Of a stretch of 31,484 nucleotides of DNA, positions 1 to 11,752 are shown in pieces. This stretch comes from Geosiphon pyriformis uo1 (taxonomy: Eukaryota; Fungi; Glomeromycota). Every line of letters begins with the position of its first letter. Within the stretch, counting starts at the first letter, position 1. The notes below the pieces were generated by a model. It was not told where the DNA came from, ran no database searches, and saw only the letters and a program-made list of their open reading frames with translations. Both the position numbers and the translations under genes were made by a program. Location: positions 1-31,484 of the forward strand of contig JAAOMT010000326.1 in assembly GCA_016748015.1 (NCBI GenBank). The letters run 5' to 3'.

Positions 1-235
1 CGGCGAATTTCTGTAAATTTCGGCGAATTTTTGAATGTTACAAAGTTCAGGGTATTGTGTAATTTGATCATCTTACTTTCTGTTATACTAATTAGACTAT
101 TTTAATTGAATCATGATATGTGATAATTGATTAAATAATAAATGATAATTTGAAATAATATTAATATATTAATGAATTATAGAAATTATAAGGGTAATTT
201 CATGCTAATTAATAGCTAAAATTCTACTGGTAACA
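1..235 (-). repeat. 3' LTR of Gypsy copy A (partial, U3 end)
   Basis: Near-identical to 7662-7837; ends in CTGGTAACA (TGTTACCAG on the element strand); directly adjacent to the PPT. Confidence 0.92.
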
Positions 236-719
236 TAATCTTCTCCTCAAGACTGAGCTCCATCGAAGTCCAAGCACTATCTGTGATATTGAGATAGTGA
301 TCTAAAATGATTGAAGTAATCTGGTCTGAAAATTGTTGAAATTTCAGTTCTGTGAGTTTGCCAATGTATTGGACTTTCATTGATTGCAGTATTAGATTTT
401 GTAGAACATTTTCACAAGTATTAAACAAATCATAGAGTCTAAAAGCTGCTCTAAGTTTGTAGTGAGTGTTTGTTGGTCCAGCTGCTGTTTTGAATTCATT
501 GTAAATTTGTTTTTGTATAACTTTAAGAGTGAGATTTGTTGGTACAAGTTCTAATTTTCGTTTATAATGTGTTCTTTCAATATAAAAATATCTATATATA
601 AGAGTATGTTTATTATTTTGTTTATTAAAATACTGTAGAAGTTTTTGTTGTATTGTAACATTTGGTAAAATGTTAATAGGAGCAATTAAAAAGTTTTTTT
701 TTAAAGCTTGCTTTAAAAG
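216..719 (-). pseudogene. ORF3 of Gypsy copy A (unknown protein after integrase; true 5' end lost at adapter junction)
   Basis: Open frame that aligns without gaps to the stop-interrupted frame at 15225-15944 in copy B (NEFKTxAGPTN, YKLRAAxRLYDLF, QYIGKLTELKFQQF). The MYKRQ start in the ORF track is adapter-derived. Confidence 0.8.
239..248 (-). other. Polypurine tract (GAGGAGAAGA), copy A
   Basis: Purine run 3 nt from the 3' LTR start; copy B has GAGAAAGAGA at the same position. Confidence 0.8.
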
Positions 720-738
720 CTGTCTCTTATACACATCT
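720..738 (+). other. Tn5 mosaic end / Nextera adapter CTGTCTCTTATACACATCT (assembly artefact)
   Basis: Exact 19/19 match to the Tn5 ME sequence, located where ~420 bp present in copy B (15741-16160) are missing. Confidence 0.96.
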
Positions 739-2007
739 ATTGTTTCTAGAATGATAGTGTTTCAGTCTGTCTCCATGTACAACTTTTGCTAATATTTTGT
801 CATCAAGTCTTAACTTATATGATCCATTGCCTAGAATTTCGTGAATATAAAATGGTCCATTCCATTTGTTTTCAAATTTCCCACTCTATTGTTTTTCAGC
901 CTTAGTTCTGTGTAAGAGAACTTTATTTCCAACTTTAAATTCGTTGGTAATAGATGGTAATTTGTTGTCATGTCTTTCTTTTTGTTGAGCTTGGGAATGT
1001 TCAATATGAGCTGCTGCTATTCTTCTTTTTCCTTCCAGTGTACTAAGAAGCGTATAGGCTCTTCTTTGAAGTGTTTCTTGAAAGTTTTTTTCATTGATTG
1101 GTTGTACTGGGTATGTTTCTACTGTGAAATTAATTGGTAATGTTGCTGTCCTTCCATAAGTAAGATCAAATGGTGTGTGTTTTGTAATATCTTGTTTTAG
1201 TGTTCTGTATGCTAGTAACACTGATGAAATAAAAATATCCCATTCTTGTTCAAAGTCTGTTGAGACTTTGGCTAAAGATTCACACAATGTTCTGTTGAAA
1301 TGTTCTACAAGTCTATTTGTTTGAGGGTGATAAGGTGATGATAGAGGTCTTTTAACATTGAACCATTCACAAATTTCTTGTATCAAGTTGTTCACAAAAT
1401 GTGTTCTTTGATCAGATAAGAGTTCAATTGGGCATCCATGTCTACAAATAATGTCTTCATAGATGAATTTTGCTACTGATTTTGCATCTGCTCTTTGGAT
1501 GGCTCTAGCTTCAGGCCATTTGGTAAGATAATCCACTGCAACTGCAATATAACAATTTCCTTGGGTTGTGATAAGTAATGGTCCAATTAAATCAATTCCA
1601 ACTCTGTCAAAAGGTTGTCCAACTTTGATTGGATTTAAAGGTTCTGTGGGGCGAGTTCCTTCTCTTCTTTGGCAGTTATCACACGATTTTACATATTGTC
1701 AAATGTCTTTTTGCATATGAGGCCAAAAATAATGTTCAAGGGTTCTTTGAATTGTTTCCTCTTTTCCCAAGTGTGCTGAAGACGGATCTGTGTGCATGTT
1801 GTATAAAATTGTTTCTTTTTCATTCTCTTGTACTAATCTGAGTGGCTGGTTTGGTTTTCTGTGATTTTTATAATAAATTTTGTTCTGGTGTATGAAATAT
1901 TGTTTTAATTGGTGTTGTAAGCGGTGTTTTTCACTTGGAGACCAGTTTTCTGGCATGATAAGGGTCTCCAAATAATTTTTAAGATTGCTGTAGTTTCTGA
2001 GATCCAT
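739..2007 (-). pseudogene. Integrase, copy A (HHCC zinc domain, DDE core, GPF/SH3-like tail; internal stops)
   Basis: MHTDPSSAH...YFWP...KSCDNC; GIDLIGP; LLSDQRTHF; NRLVEHFNRTL; KWNGPFYIHEILGNGSYKL. Confidence 0.93.
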
Positions 2008-2064
2008 TTTTGTTTGGTTATTTTGTTGGTAAGTTAGTAAGTTGTGGTGGAATTGTTGTTGGTA

Positions 2065-2768
2065 TTAATCTTGTCTCATTTTTGAGAGGCTATCAACATT
2101 GGTATGTAGTTTTCCTGGTTTGTGGTGTACAATATATTTGTAGTCTGCTAGGAAGTCATTCCATTGAGACTGTTTGGCACTTTGTTCAGTTTTCTTTTTA
2201 TTGAGCCATTTGAGACCAATGTTGTCTGTTATTATGTCAAATTCTTTTCCATTTTTCAGATATTGTTGAAAATGTTTAAAAGCCCAAATAACTGCAGCAG
2301 CTTTTAATTCAGTTGAGCCATATTTGAGTTCTGTTGGCTTGAGTGTTCTACTGACAATAACTTGTTCTTGGCCATTTTCATCCAATTGTGATAAGATGGC
2401 ACCAAATGCTATGTGTGAGGCATCGGTGGCTAATTGGAATCGTTTGTTGAAGTCTGGGTAAGCAAAAACTGGGGCTGTTGTCAATTTTGTTTTGAGAATT
2501 TCAAAAGCTTTTTGTTGTTCTTTAGTCCATTTGTATGGTACGTTTTTGTTGGTAAGATAATTAAGTGGTTTGGCAATTTCTGAGAATCCTTTTATGAATT
2601 TTCAATAGTAAGAAGCTAATCCCACAAATCCTCTTAATTCTGTAGTATTTCTGAGGGTTTGAAAGTTTTTGACAGCATTGATTGTTCCTGGATTTGGTTT
2701 GATTCCATCTTTACTAACTATGTGTTTAAGAAAGATTAAACTTGTTTTTCCAAAGTGACATTTCTCAA
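2065..2768 (-). pseudogene. RT C-terminus/connection and RNase H, copy A
   Basis: EKCHFGKTSLIFLKHIVS, LRGFVGLASYY, LATDAS, YGSTELK, IITDN, KPGKLHTNVDSLS. Confidence 0.93.
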
Positions 2769-3324
2769 NNNNNNNNNNNNNNNNNNNNNNNNNNNNNNNN
2801 NNNNNNNNNNNNNNNNNNNNNNNNNNNNNNNNNNNNNNNNNNNNNNNNNNNNNNNNNNNNNNNNNNNNNNNNNNNNNNNNNNNNNNNNNNNNNNNNNNNN
2901 NNNNNNNNNNNNNNNNNNNNNNNNNNNNNNNNNNNNNNNNNNNNNNNNNNNNNNNNNNNNNNNNNNNNNNNNNNNNNNNNNNNNNNNNNNNNNNNNNNNN
3001 NNNNNNNNNNNNNNNNNNNNNNNNNNNNNNNNNNNNNNNNNNNNNNNNNNNNNNNNNNNNNNNNNNNNNNNNNNNNNNNNNNNNNNNNNNNNNNNNNNNN
3101 NNNNNNNNNNNNNNNNNNNNNNNNNNNNNNNNNNNNNNNNNNNNNNNNNNNNNNNNNNNNNNNNNNNNNNNNNNNNNNNNNNNNNNNNNNNNNNNNNNNN
3201 NNNNNNNNNNNNNNNNNNNNNNNNNNNNNNNNNNNNNNNNNNNNNNNNNNNNNNNNNNNNNNNNNNNNNNNNNNNNNNNNNNNNNNNNNNNNNNNNNNNN
3301 NNNNNNNNNNNNNNNNNNNNNNNN
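2769..3324. other. Scaffold gap (556 N) covering the RT core of copy A
   Basis: N run; the flanks map to about 18188 and 19100 of copy B, so ~0.9 kb is expected here. Confidence 0.95.
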
Positions 3325-3550
3325 AAATTTTTTCATTCCTTTGGGAATATAAATGTTTGGAATTGATATTTCATGCTTCAAACAGATTTGTTCATTGGAT
3401 TCAAAGATTTGTTGTGTAGTGGTGGGTTTTGAGCAAGTGTAAATTTCGTGATGTTCTCCAAAAAGTGAAATGGTAATTGGCTGAGGAAATTGAAGAATCT
3501 GGTGAGATTTATTTTGTGTATTAAGAACTATGTTTACTGGAACTGTAAAT

Positions 3551-3980
3551 CATCCAGTTGAACCAAAATCTTGAGTTCCTCTTTCACTTTTTCCCAATTG
3601 TTCTCTGTTGTTTACTGATTGTAAACTCGAAATGTTGATTAAGGGTAATTAAATTGCTTGAGCAATTTTTTCAGCATGTTCAATTTTGAATGGTTTGTCT
3701 GTCTCATTCTGTAACATGATGGTAATGTCTCCAGTATATCCTGCATCTATAACTCCTCCTCTAATATTGATTCCTTTGCTTGCCAATGATGATCTGGAGG
3801 CAATTTGAACTATTGCTCCTGGTGGAATTTCAAGAACAATTTTTAGATTGATTTTTGTCAAAGACTTTGGTTGGAGAATCAAAGTATCTTTTCCTGGGTA
3901 TCTCAAGTCATATCCAGCATCAATTTTGTGTGCTTTTTCTGGTCTGATTCCTTGGCCATGGTTGTCAAAATATTTAAGTT
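3551..3980 (-). pseudogene. dut: dUTPase domain of pol, copy A
   Basis: All five trimeric dUTPase motifs: DAGYDL, ASRSSLA, GVIDAGYTG, KIAQAI, RGTQDFGSTG. A stop after IAQAI interrupts the frame. Confidence 0.93.
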
Positions 3981-4094
3981 GTAGAGGTAGTTGCTTTTCA
4001 AGAAGATAGATGGGAGTGGTTGGTAGTTCTTCTACTTGTTCAGATACTCCAAATTCGATTTCATTTTTATCATTCTCATCTGGCAGAGGAATGC

Positions 4095-4715
4095 TAAGAG
4101 CATAACATTCTAAACACCATTGGTCATCACAAGACATAACACATTTTTCACATAATTGAATGTTTATTTGCTCTAATCATTGAATTTGAGCTTCTTTGGT
4201 CGGATATGTGTGACTTGCAATTTGGTGGTAGGTTTCTACTTCATCTTCATAATCAAATCCAGCTAATTCCATGATGTACTCAATATATTCAGCTTCTTTT
4301 ATTTGGCAGACATCTTCTTGAATGGCTCCATTGATTAATGCTATTGCTAAGTCAAAAATCATTTCAGCATCATGAGGGTAGTAGTAAAGTTTATTGAAAG
4401 CACTGTTGTATGCTGCATCAAATGGTGTTCCTCTTCTGACTTTTTTCGAAATTGATAGAGCATATTAACAGGTTTGATCACATACTCCTCCTCTTATTGC
4501 TACATCAATCCAATTGCATTCTTCTGGTAGTATTTCTCCACATGTAAGGCAAGGTGTGTTGTCCCATTTTCCACTTCTTTTTGGAGATCTAAATCGTTCT
4601 CTATGGCATGCTTTGCAAAAGTAACAGATATGAGTTTCATATTTCTCTTCTGGAGAAATACATGCTCCCATTGATGAAAGTTTTTTGTTGCAATCTTTGC
4701 ATTTGAGTAGAATAT
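4095..4715 (-). pseudogene. Cys-rich domain of unknown function between protease and dUTPase, copy A
   Basis: CKDC, CYFCKAC, CLTC, CDQTC, C..C..SCDDQWCLEC; in frame with the dUTPase; conserved in copy B. Confidence 0.75.
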
Positions 4716-4919
4716 AGAGTGGTTGTTTCTGTGGTTCTGGTGTAGAATATCTAACTTTCTTCCATCCCCTTGATTCTTCGAAAATCTCTTGTTCAGTTTC
4801 TTCAGCCCAATTGGATGTTGATCCAAGAGCCATATAGGTTTCAGTAAGTGGCATTTCTTTCTCCTCTTCAAATTCAAATACTGGAGCTTTTTTCTGATCG
4901 TTTGTTAAAGGTACCACAG

Positions 4920-5290
4920 GTTGCAGGTACTATGGTATATTGTTCTTGGTATGAGATTTTAAGTTCTTGAGTTTCCCAGTTCAGGTTTGCATTGGCCTTG
5001 AGAAGCCAATCATTTCTGACTAGAGCTTGGTATTGGGGTACATCCATAACAAGAACTTTAACTAGAATGGTGATTCCATCAATTGAAAAAGGGAAATCAT
5101 TAATTTCTCCTACTGGAGTCTTCTTTATACCATCAGCTGTGACAATAACTGTTTGAGCTGGTCTGTCTACATTTCATTTGAGTTGTTGCATCAGCTGGTA
5201 AGTGATAATACTTTCAGCTGATCCACTATCTAAGATTAAGCAAATGGGTTTTCCTTTTACTGTAGCTTCTGTGTACATGGCAGTAATTGC
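4920..5290 (-). pseudogene. Retropepsin-like aspartic protease, copy A
   Basis: ICLILDSGSAESII active-site motif, VTADG flap, ALVRNDWL C-terminal motif. Confidence 0.88.
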
Positions 5291-5854
5291 TTTCTGTTCA
5301 TTGATTGCTGTATTACTAAGCAGAAATGGTGATTCATTTGCCTCAAATTCAAATGGAAATATATCTGACAGATTAGCATTTTAGGCAATTTGAGCTGGGG
5401 GAATGGTGTGGTTGGAAGAGTTTAATCTTGGTGCTGCAATTTCATCTTCAGAAAGTGCAGTTTGTTGAAAATTCGATTCCTCTGGTATTGTAAGATAACT
5501 GGGTTGAGTGTGATAGTGATTGGGTTTTTGCTGGCCCGAATTTCGGGGAACCAACTGGTTATTTAGATTGATTCTATTGTGGTTATTCTGCAATTGATTT
5601 TGGGGTGTGGATTGGTTATGTTGAACCAATCTTCTTGCTAGTACTTGATATTGTTGAGTGGATGGTGTCTGATATGGCTGAATTAGTAAAGGTTGCTAAT
5701 ATTGTTGCTGCATTGATTGTAGAGCTGGTGGATAGTAACTGTTTTGATTTTGTGGTCTTGGTGAATAATAAGTTGGTGGTGGAGATTGGTAATAAGATTG
5801 TTGTGGTGAAGAGTAACGTTGATCACTCCTGTTTTGTTGGTCCCTTTGTAATTT

Positions 5855-7351
5855 CCTACAATCTCGTTTTCAGTGTCCTGGAATTCCACAATAATGACAA
5901 TTTTGAGATTGGTTGTTGGATGATGATCCAAAATTGTTTTGGTTGCATTGTTGTGGGAGTTGATATCTTTGTGGTTGTTGTTGCTGTTGTTGTTGGTTTG
6001 TGAAGTAGCTTTCAACTTTTTTTGTGAGTTGGTCTATCTTCTTTTCAGCTGCTGAGCTGGTTTTTCCAATTGCAAGGTTTACAAGCTTGGTGTGATTTGC
6101 TTCTTCTATTGCCATTTCATAGCTCTTTGCATGTCTAATAGCAGTTGCTAAGTCTGCTGGAGCATGTGGACAGACTTTCTTAATCAGTTTGTCTTTTAAT
6201 CCTGCTATAAACTAATCCAGAATTTGAGCATTAGAATTGTAGTCATTGGTTTCTAATTGTCGAATTCGTCTGAGAAGTTTGTTAAATCTTCCAAGATAGG
6301 TCATAACAGATTCAGATGTTTCTTGTTTGATATTGCGAAAGCGGTTTCTGAGAGTGATAGAGGTATTGTTGTCGGTAAATTGTTGTAGAAAAGCATCTTT
6401 GAATGCTTGCCAGTTTTCAAATGGTTCTTTTAAATTTTTAAATCATTCTTCTGCTGTTCCTTGGAGAAAGTAGGGAATTGCTTTGAGCATTCTTGCTGCA
6501 ATCCAACCATTTGCATCTCCTGCTTTTTGAACTTTGTCAAGCCATTCTTGGGGACTGGTATTATTGTCTTTATCAGTGAATTTTGGGATTTTTGCAATGT
6601 AAGCAGTTGCCATTTCTTCTTCGTTTTCTGAAATTTCTTCTGGTTCTGATTTAGTTTCTTTACTTTCCAAGCTTTCTGAGTGATTACTTTCGTTTTCCTG
6701 TAAGTAATCAATGATATTGGCACTTGTTGATATTGGTTTCTGCTGTTGAATAGGATTTCTAGGTGACTAAAAATCTTCTGGTTTGGAGAAATGGCTAAGC
6801 GGTGAACTTGGTGTTTGTGGTTGAACAAATGAAATTGGAAATAGTGTAATAAAAAGTGGTAATTTGACACTGGTTCCTTGTTCAGGTGTTTGCAAGTGTT
6901 TGGCAGTTGTTTTTTGTAGTGTTAAAGTGTTTGGAGTGGTTCTTGAGTATTGCTTCAATCTTTGTTTGTCTTTATTGCTTGTTTCTGTCTCTGATTCAAA
7001 ATCAAAAGAGTATTTAGACTGTACTGGGTATTTTTCTTCACAATACTTAATAATATTAAAATTAAGTTCTTGGAAGTAGGTAGCAAAAGTTTCACTGTTT
7101 AGGTCTTTTGTTCCCAAGTGTGAATAATGCACTAAATTATTGTAAAAGTTGCTTCTAACTTCTGAAATGTTGTAGTTTCCAAAAAAATAATTGTTGATGT
7201 GGTTTTCAATATATTGGTATACTGATTTCTTTACAATTTCAATTCCGTCTGGAATGTTGAATCTTTGCTTGCAGTGGGTGTAAATTGACTGGTAATACTC
7301 TAGAGTTGCTGTGTCTGGTGTGGTCGCCACTTTGAATTTGTTGTTGCTGTG
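5855..7351 (-). pseudogene. gag: Gag (capsid + CCHC knuckle) with long N-terminal extension, copy A
   Basis: PQEWLDKVQKAGDANGW...LQGTAEE; IKQETSESVMTY (major homology-like region); CHYCGIPGH*KRDC. The 6767-7330 ORF is in the same frame as 6443-6670 and 5870-6115. Confidence 0.88.
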
Positions 7352-7355
7352 TTAT

Positions 7356-7373
7356 TTCCATAGAAGAGCACCA
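7356..7373 (-). other. Primer binding site, copy A (TGGTGCTCTTCTATGGAA)
   Basis: Starts with TGG 2 nt after the LTR-terminal CA; matches the copy B PBS apart from transitions. Confidence 0.8.
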
Positions 7374-7375
7374 AA

Positions 7376-7837
7376 TGTTACCAGAGGTTTTTGGTCTCTT
7401 TTTTTAAATGTTGGTAATGTTGATTTGCTGTAAATTCACGTTTTTAGGAAGTAGTTGAACCTCCAATAACTGAATTTATCTTCAAATTATCTCCTATAAT
7501 TTGAACTGCTGGGCTTATAAATGGAATAGCCAATTTCTTGCCAGTTACTTTATGTAGTTATGTTGTAGTAAATGTCAACTCTTTCCCAGGAATTGCTCGT
7601 CTGGAAGCTCACTAAAAATGTGTAGTTACTTTGCTGTAAAANNNNNNNNNNNNNNNNNNNNTAATTTGATCATCTTACTTTCTGTTATACTAATTAGATT
7701 ATTTTAATTGAATTGTGATATGTGATAATTGATTAAATAATAAATGATAATTTGAAATGATATTAATATACTAATGAATTATAGAAATTATAAGGGTAAT
7801 TTCATGCTAATTAATAGCTAAAATTCTACTGGTAATA
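7376..7837 (-). repeat. 5' LTR of copy A (middle collapsed in 20-N gap 7642-7661)
   Basis: TGTTACCAG...CTGGTAATA termini; left part homologous to 23130-23400, right part to 60-235. Confidence 0.92.
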
Positions 7838-9790
7838 ACGTCTTTGTGGTATATATTTGTTTGTGTAATTCAGAATTGAAAGGCTACCCAAAGCATTCTA
7901 TTATTGCTGATGTACTCACTGGATGAGCTTTTCTGGAAGCTCATTATCATACTTTCTTGTCGGCTTTGTTTGGCATATGTTCAGAATTCTTTGATCAACA
8001 ATTTTGTAAAAATGTAGAAAATATATGTGGTTATGTGTTTGACATTTTTATTAGTGACAAAGATGACAAAATATTTGAATTGCAAAACATATTTTGGAAT
8101 AACATGTTAGAACAGATAAAATTGCAACAGATCTTGAACAAGCTAGTGTCTATTGTTGTAGGAGAGTTAAAAAGCCATTACAAAGACCTTATGATTACTT
8201 TAAAAAACCTGCACAACCTCTTTTTATTTAAAGTAATAATAGCTCTTGATGAGGCCAGTATATTAATTAACAAAAAGAATAACAAAGGTAATTTTTATAA
8301 CTTATAGAGGGCACTACAGGCTATTTCACACAGGAGCAATGCCTGTTTTATAGCACTTTTCACAGATACACTTTCAAAAGTCTCGAATTTCTCTCTTGCC
8401 AAATGCCATGATCCATCCACCAGAGTTGGTCATGGAGAGAGACTATACAAACCATTTTACCTTCTTAATGTATTTGATTGCCACATGTAATAACCAGCAA
8501 ATATTATAGTTTTATCATCAATAGCTCAAATTTGCAATATGAGACGATTTCTTTGGGCAGATATTGATGAAAGAGCTATTATACAATATGCCATGAAAAA
8601 AATCCTCTATAACAGAGAGAAAGCCAGAAACATATATGAAGTGGAGCATAAAGTAGTTATTGAAAAAGTAACAAAAGCACTAGTAATTCTTAGACCACAG
8701 CTCTATTTAAAAATTTCAAACCTTTCACAGTAAGCATCTAAGTTAGTCAGTAGCCATATGAGAATCTTGTGCCATGTTGATGAGACATAAAAATTCCTTG
8801 CTACAACATCTCCTAGTGAATTCATGTTGGCTGAGGCTGCAACCCATATAATAAATTGCTCTGAGATTCTTATGTAAGTTTTGGACCACTTAGTCAGCTC
8901 AATTAGAAATCATATTGTTGTCAATGCAGGTGATCAGGGTAAACTTGTTGGCAGAATCCTGTGTCTTCTGGCAATTGACAAAGTAATTCAGTTAAAATTC
9001 AAACAATCAGAATCCAAACTCTAGAACATGTACTCACAGCCCATTACTGTACAAAAATTTTTTGACACACTTGTTGGTTCAAAGTCATGCAAAAAGCTTT
9101 AGTCCAATTTTTGCTAAAAAAGCCAATGGTGTGATGCTTTACAATAGCAAGATCAAGTTTAATTATTTCGTATATATTGAATTCACTCTTACTAGGCTGA
9201 ATCTTATCAACTTTTTCTTTTATGGGGCAGCTGTGTTTTGTAAGCAAAATCAAAAAGGAGTGGATATCATCATTCCAGTTGCCATGGTTTGAGATAATAA
9301 AACTCCAATTACAGAGAAGAATGTGATATTTGTTGGTATTCAAGTCAAGAATCATGAAGCTGATGATTCAACTGGTAATAAAAATCAGCAAGAAAGAAGC
9401 ACACAATTATTCAAATGACAAAAGATGAATAATATATTCAAACAAACAGCTTGCTATATTGGCATTGATAACTGCAAACCCTTTTCTTTACCTTATCTTG
9501 GGATTTACATGAGTCTTGAAGTAACATTTGAAGGTATTGAATACAATAGCACTTTAGATATTAGAGTGATAACATAAACAGATTCCAAGGATAGAATAGG
9601 ACATTTGAGCATTTATGGACTCTCAAAAAACATGTACGCATGTTTCAATAATGCAGATAATGACATAATAGAATCACTATTGCACAAGTTGTTGATATCT
9701 TATGTTGACCCTGTCAAAAAAAAAATGGCATTCTGTATAGTGAACATAAAGCAAGTAATAAATGAGTTCAATAGTATAAGGAGATTGTGA
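7838..9790 (+). pseudogene. Decayed P-loop NTPase + PD-(D/E)xK restriction-endonuclease-like gene (Crinkler-type CR-NTPase/REase family); 5' part displaced by Gypsy A
   Basis: Reading through stops: VVYICL..GYPKHS, IIALDEAS (Walker B), FTDTLS, KPFYLL, LVSSHMR, SPSEFMLAEAA, GDQGKLVGRIL, FNYF, GAAVFCKQNQKGVDIIIP, GIQVKN (nuclease D...QxK). Family assignment is from motif recall, not a search. Confidence 0.65.
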
Positions 9791-10081
9791 AGAATATGGA
9801 GTCTTTATAGTATAATTACAGTATGTCAGTGAATTGTTGTCTTTTTTTGTTACATCTACTAATCCTCTGTTATGCTAAAAAAGTAAAAAAGAAAAACACA
9901 AAAGGGCATAGACAGTACAATAAAAATGAAACAATAGTTATTATTGTTCTAATCTAGTAATTTCTCACTGGCAAAAAACTATTATTGGATTGTGCAATAA
10001 TAATAAAATCAATAAAACTTGTCAAATATGGTGTGAAAATTTTACAAAATAATAAAAATTTATATATAAGATTAACCATAT

Positions 10082-10990
10082 ATGAAAAATTATAATGATA
10101 ATAATTCAACCAAATACAAAAAAGCAATATGTTTCCTAGAGATAGATTGTAAATGTGGTTGTTCAAAAATGATTTCAAGAGAAAAGTTTGCTGAATTATG
10201 TGAGGTGTTTCACACTTTTTTTAGATCCGAACAAGACATATTTTTAATGGCCCAGCTGAAAGCAGTAAATAATGAAAAAATAACTGCCAGCCAACATCTT
10301 AAAAAAAATGCATACTAATAAAAGAAATTTTTACTACTGAGATCACAATACATCTCTTTGTCAGAAAACATATCTCAACATATTAGGAATTAGTCACATT
10401 CACTTTGAAAACATTAAAAATCACTTAGTAACATATGGTATAATATCACACATTCATAGTAACATAAAACAAATACCATAATAAAAAACCAAAATAACAA
10501 TTAATATAACTGTTGCTATTGTTGTGAAAAATTTTCTCAAGAATTACACTGAAATACACGGATTATCAAGTCTTGATAGAAATGTTAACCAAATTACTCA
10601 ATCATTTACACTTTTGCCAGCTAAAACTAGTTATAAATCAGTTTATCCTAATTTTATTGCAGGTCTTGAAAATGATAAAACATTAAAATTGTTAAAATAT
10701 GATGTATTTTGCAAGTTATGGCATCAATTAATGTCTTATATTCAAATCATGAGTCTGCGAATGGATTTATGTAACATGTGCCAACATTTTCAGAATGGCT
10801 TATAGTATAATGCTCATAAGGAAGAAAAAGCAAAAGATTTACTTAGTTAAGGCTAAATTAGAAAGAAACTATTACAACAAAAATATGAAATTAGCAGAAC
10901 AACAAAGAAAATTAGTAGACAAAAATTATCTTGTAATAGGAATTAAAGTTGATTATTGTAATGTTGATGCTAATATAAATTATATTAGTG
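10082..10990 (+). pseudogene. Decayed probable DNA-transposon transposase, N-terminal half (Sola/CMC-like, unresolved)
   Basis: CKCGC, SLCQKTYLNILGIS, FLKNYTEIHGLSS.DR, LLPAKTSYKSVY, FCKLWHQL..IQIMSLRMDLCNMC, KAKLERNYY. This Cys/His pattern precedes the DDE core in such transposases; no catalytic core or TIR seen. Confidence 0.45.
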
Positions 10991-11625
10991 TATTATTTTT
11001 TAATAATATAAATTGTTTTTTTACTATTTAAATTTTTTATTGTTTTTTAAAAAAAATAGTAATTAATATATTTATAAAACTAATTTTATACATTAAATTT
11101 TTACTAATTTAATTTACTTATAAAAGTTAAATTATTTTTTTACTATTTATTAATGCGTTATATTTAATTATAACAATAATAATTGGCATTAATAATCTAA
11201 ATTTAATGCAAATTTTAATAAAAATATTATAAATACATAATAATTTTTATTATTATAGTTATATAAATAAAATACTTTTATAATTTTTTAATACTATTAT
11301 TATTGTTAAAATATTGTAAAAAAACAATTTTAAATATATTAAAGTTGGCTATTTAACAATTAAACTTTAATATTATAAGTTAATAGTATTTAAAAAAATA
11401 AAAAATAATTTAAAAAGCTTTAATATTATTTTAATTGTTATTTTTTTATATTATTTAGTTATTTTTAAGTATTGTTTTCTTTGTTAATATTATAAAATTT
11501 AAAAATATTAGATTTTAAATAATTTAATCTGAAAAGTTTTAAATTTTTCTAATATTAAAATTAAGTTTTTTTTAAGTTTTTTTTAATTTTTTTTAATTTT
11601 TTAATTTAAATTTAATTAAAATAAT
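10990..11625. other. Extremely AT-rich low-complexity tract
   Basis: Very few C or G bases; no ORF. Confidence 0.8.
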
Positions 11626-11752
11626 AGAAAAACTTCTTTCTTTCCTACCTCCCAAATCTTACAAAGAGCATTTTTGTAAAAAAAAAGTTTTTGTTTTTTG
11701 TTTTTTCTGTTATATTACTCTTAATATTTCTCAAGTTAGTAATTTTTTTGTG

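Larger units (their letters stand above)
1..7837 (-). mobile_element. Ty3/Gypsy LTR retrotransposon copy A (dUTPase-bearing, decayed; left end outside window)
   Basis: Minus-strand domain order gag-PR-(Cys-rich)-dUTPase-[RT mostly in N gap]-RNaseH-IN is the Ty3/Gypsy order. 60-235 is repeated at 7662-7837 (LTRs). PBS and PPT are present. Colinear with copy B. Confidence 0.95.

Noticed and set aside
720-734. MYKRQ start of the 172-aa ORF, or a Tn5 insertion
   Set aside because: A single mosaic end with no transposon body or 9-bp duplication; a library adapter.
2602-3419. Three long ORFs spanning X runs
   Set aside because: Artefacts of the 556-N gap; only the minus-strand flanks are real pol sequence.
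3551-3980. dUTPase as a host or phage gene, or as protection against the observed C>T decay
   Set aside because: It is in frame within pol in both copies. dUTPase sanitises the nucleotide pool and does not repair cytosine deamination in DNA.
5605-6015. Val-rich plus-strand ORF and N/H/T-rich alternate-frame ORFs (also 21418-21810, 21448-21744)
   Set aside because: Shadows of the CAA/CCA-rich Gag linker.
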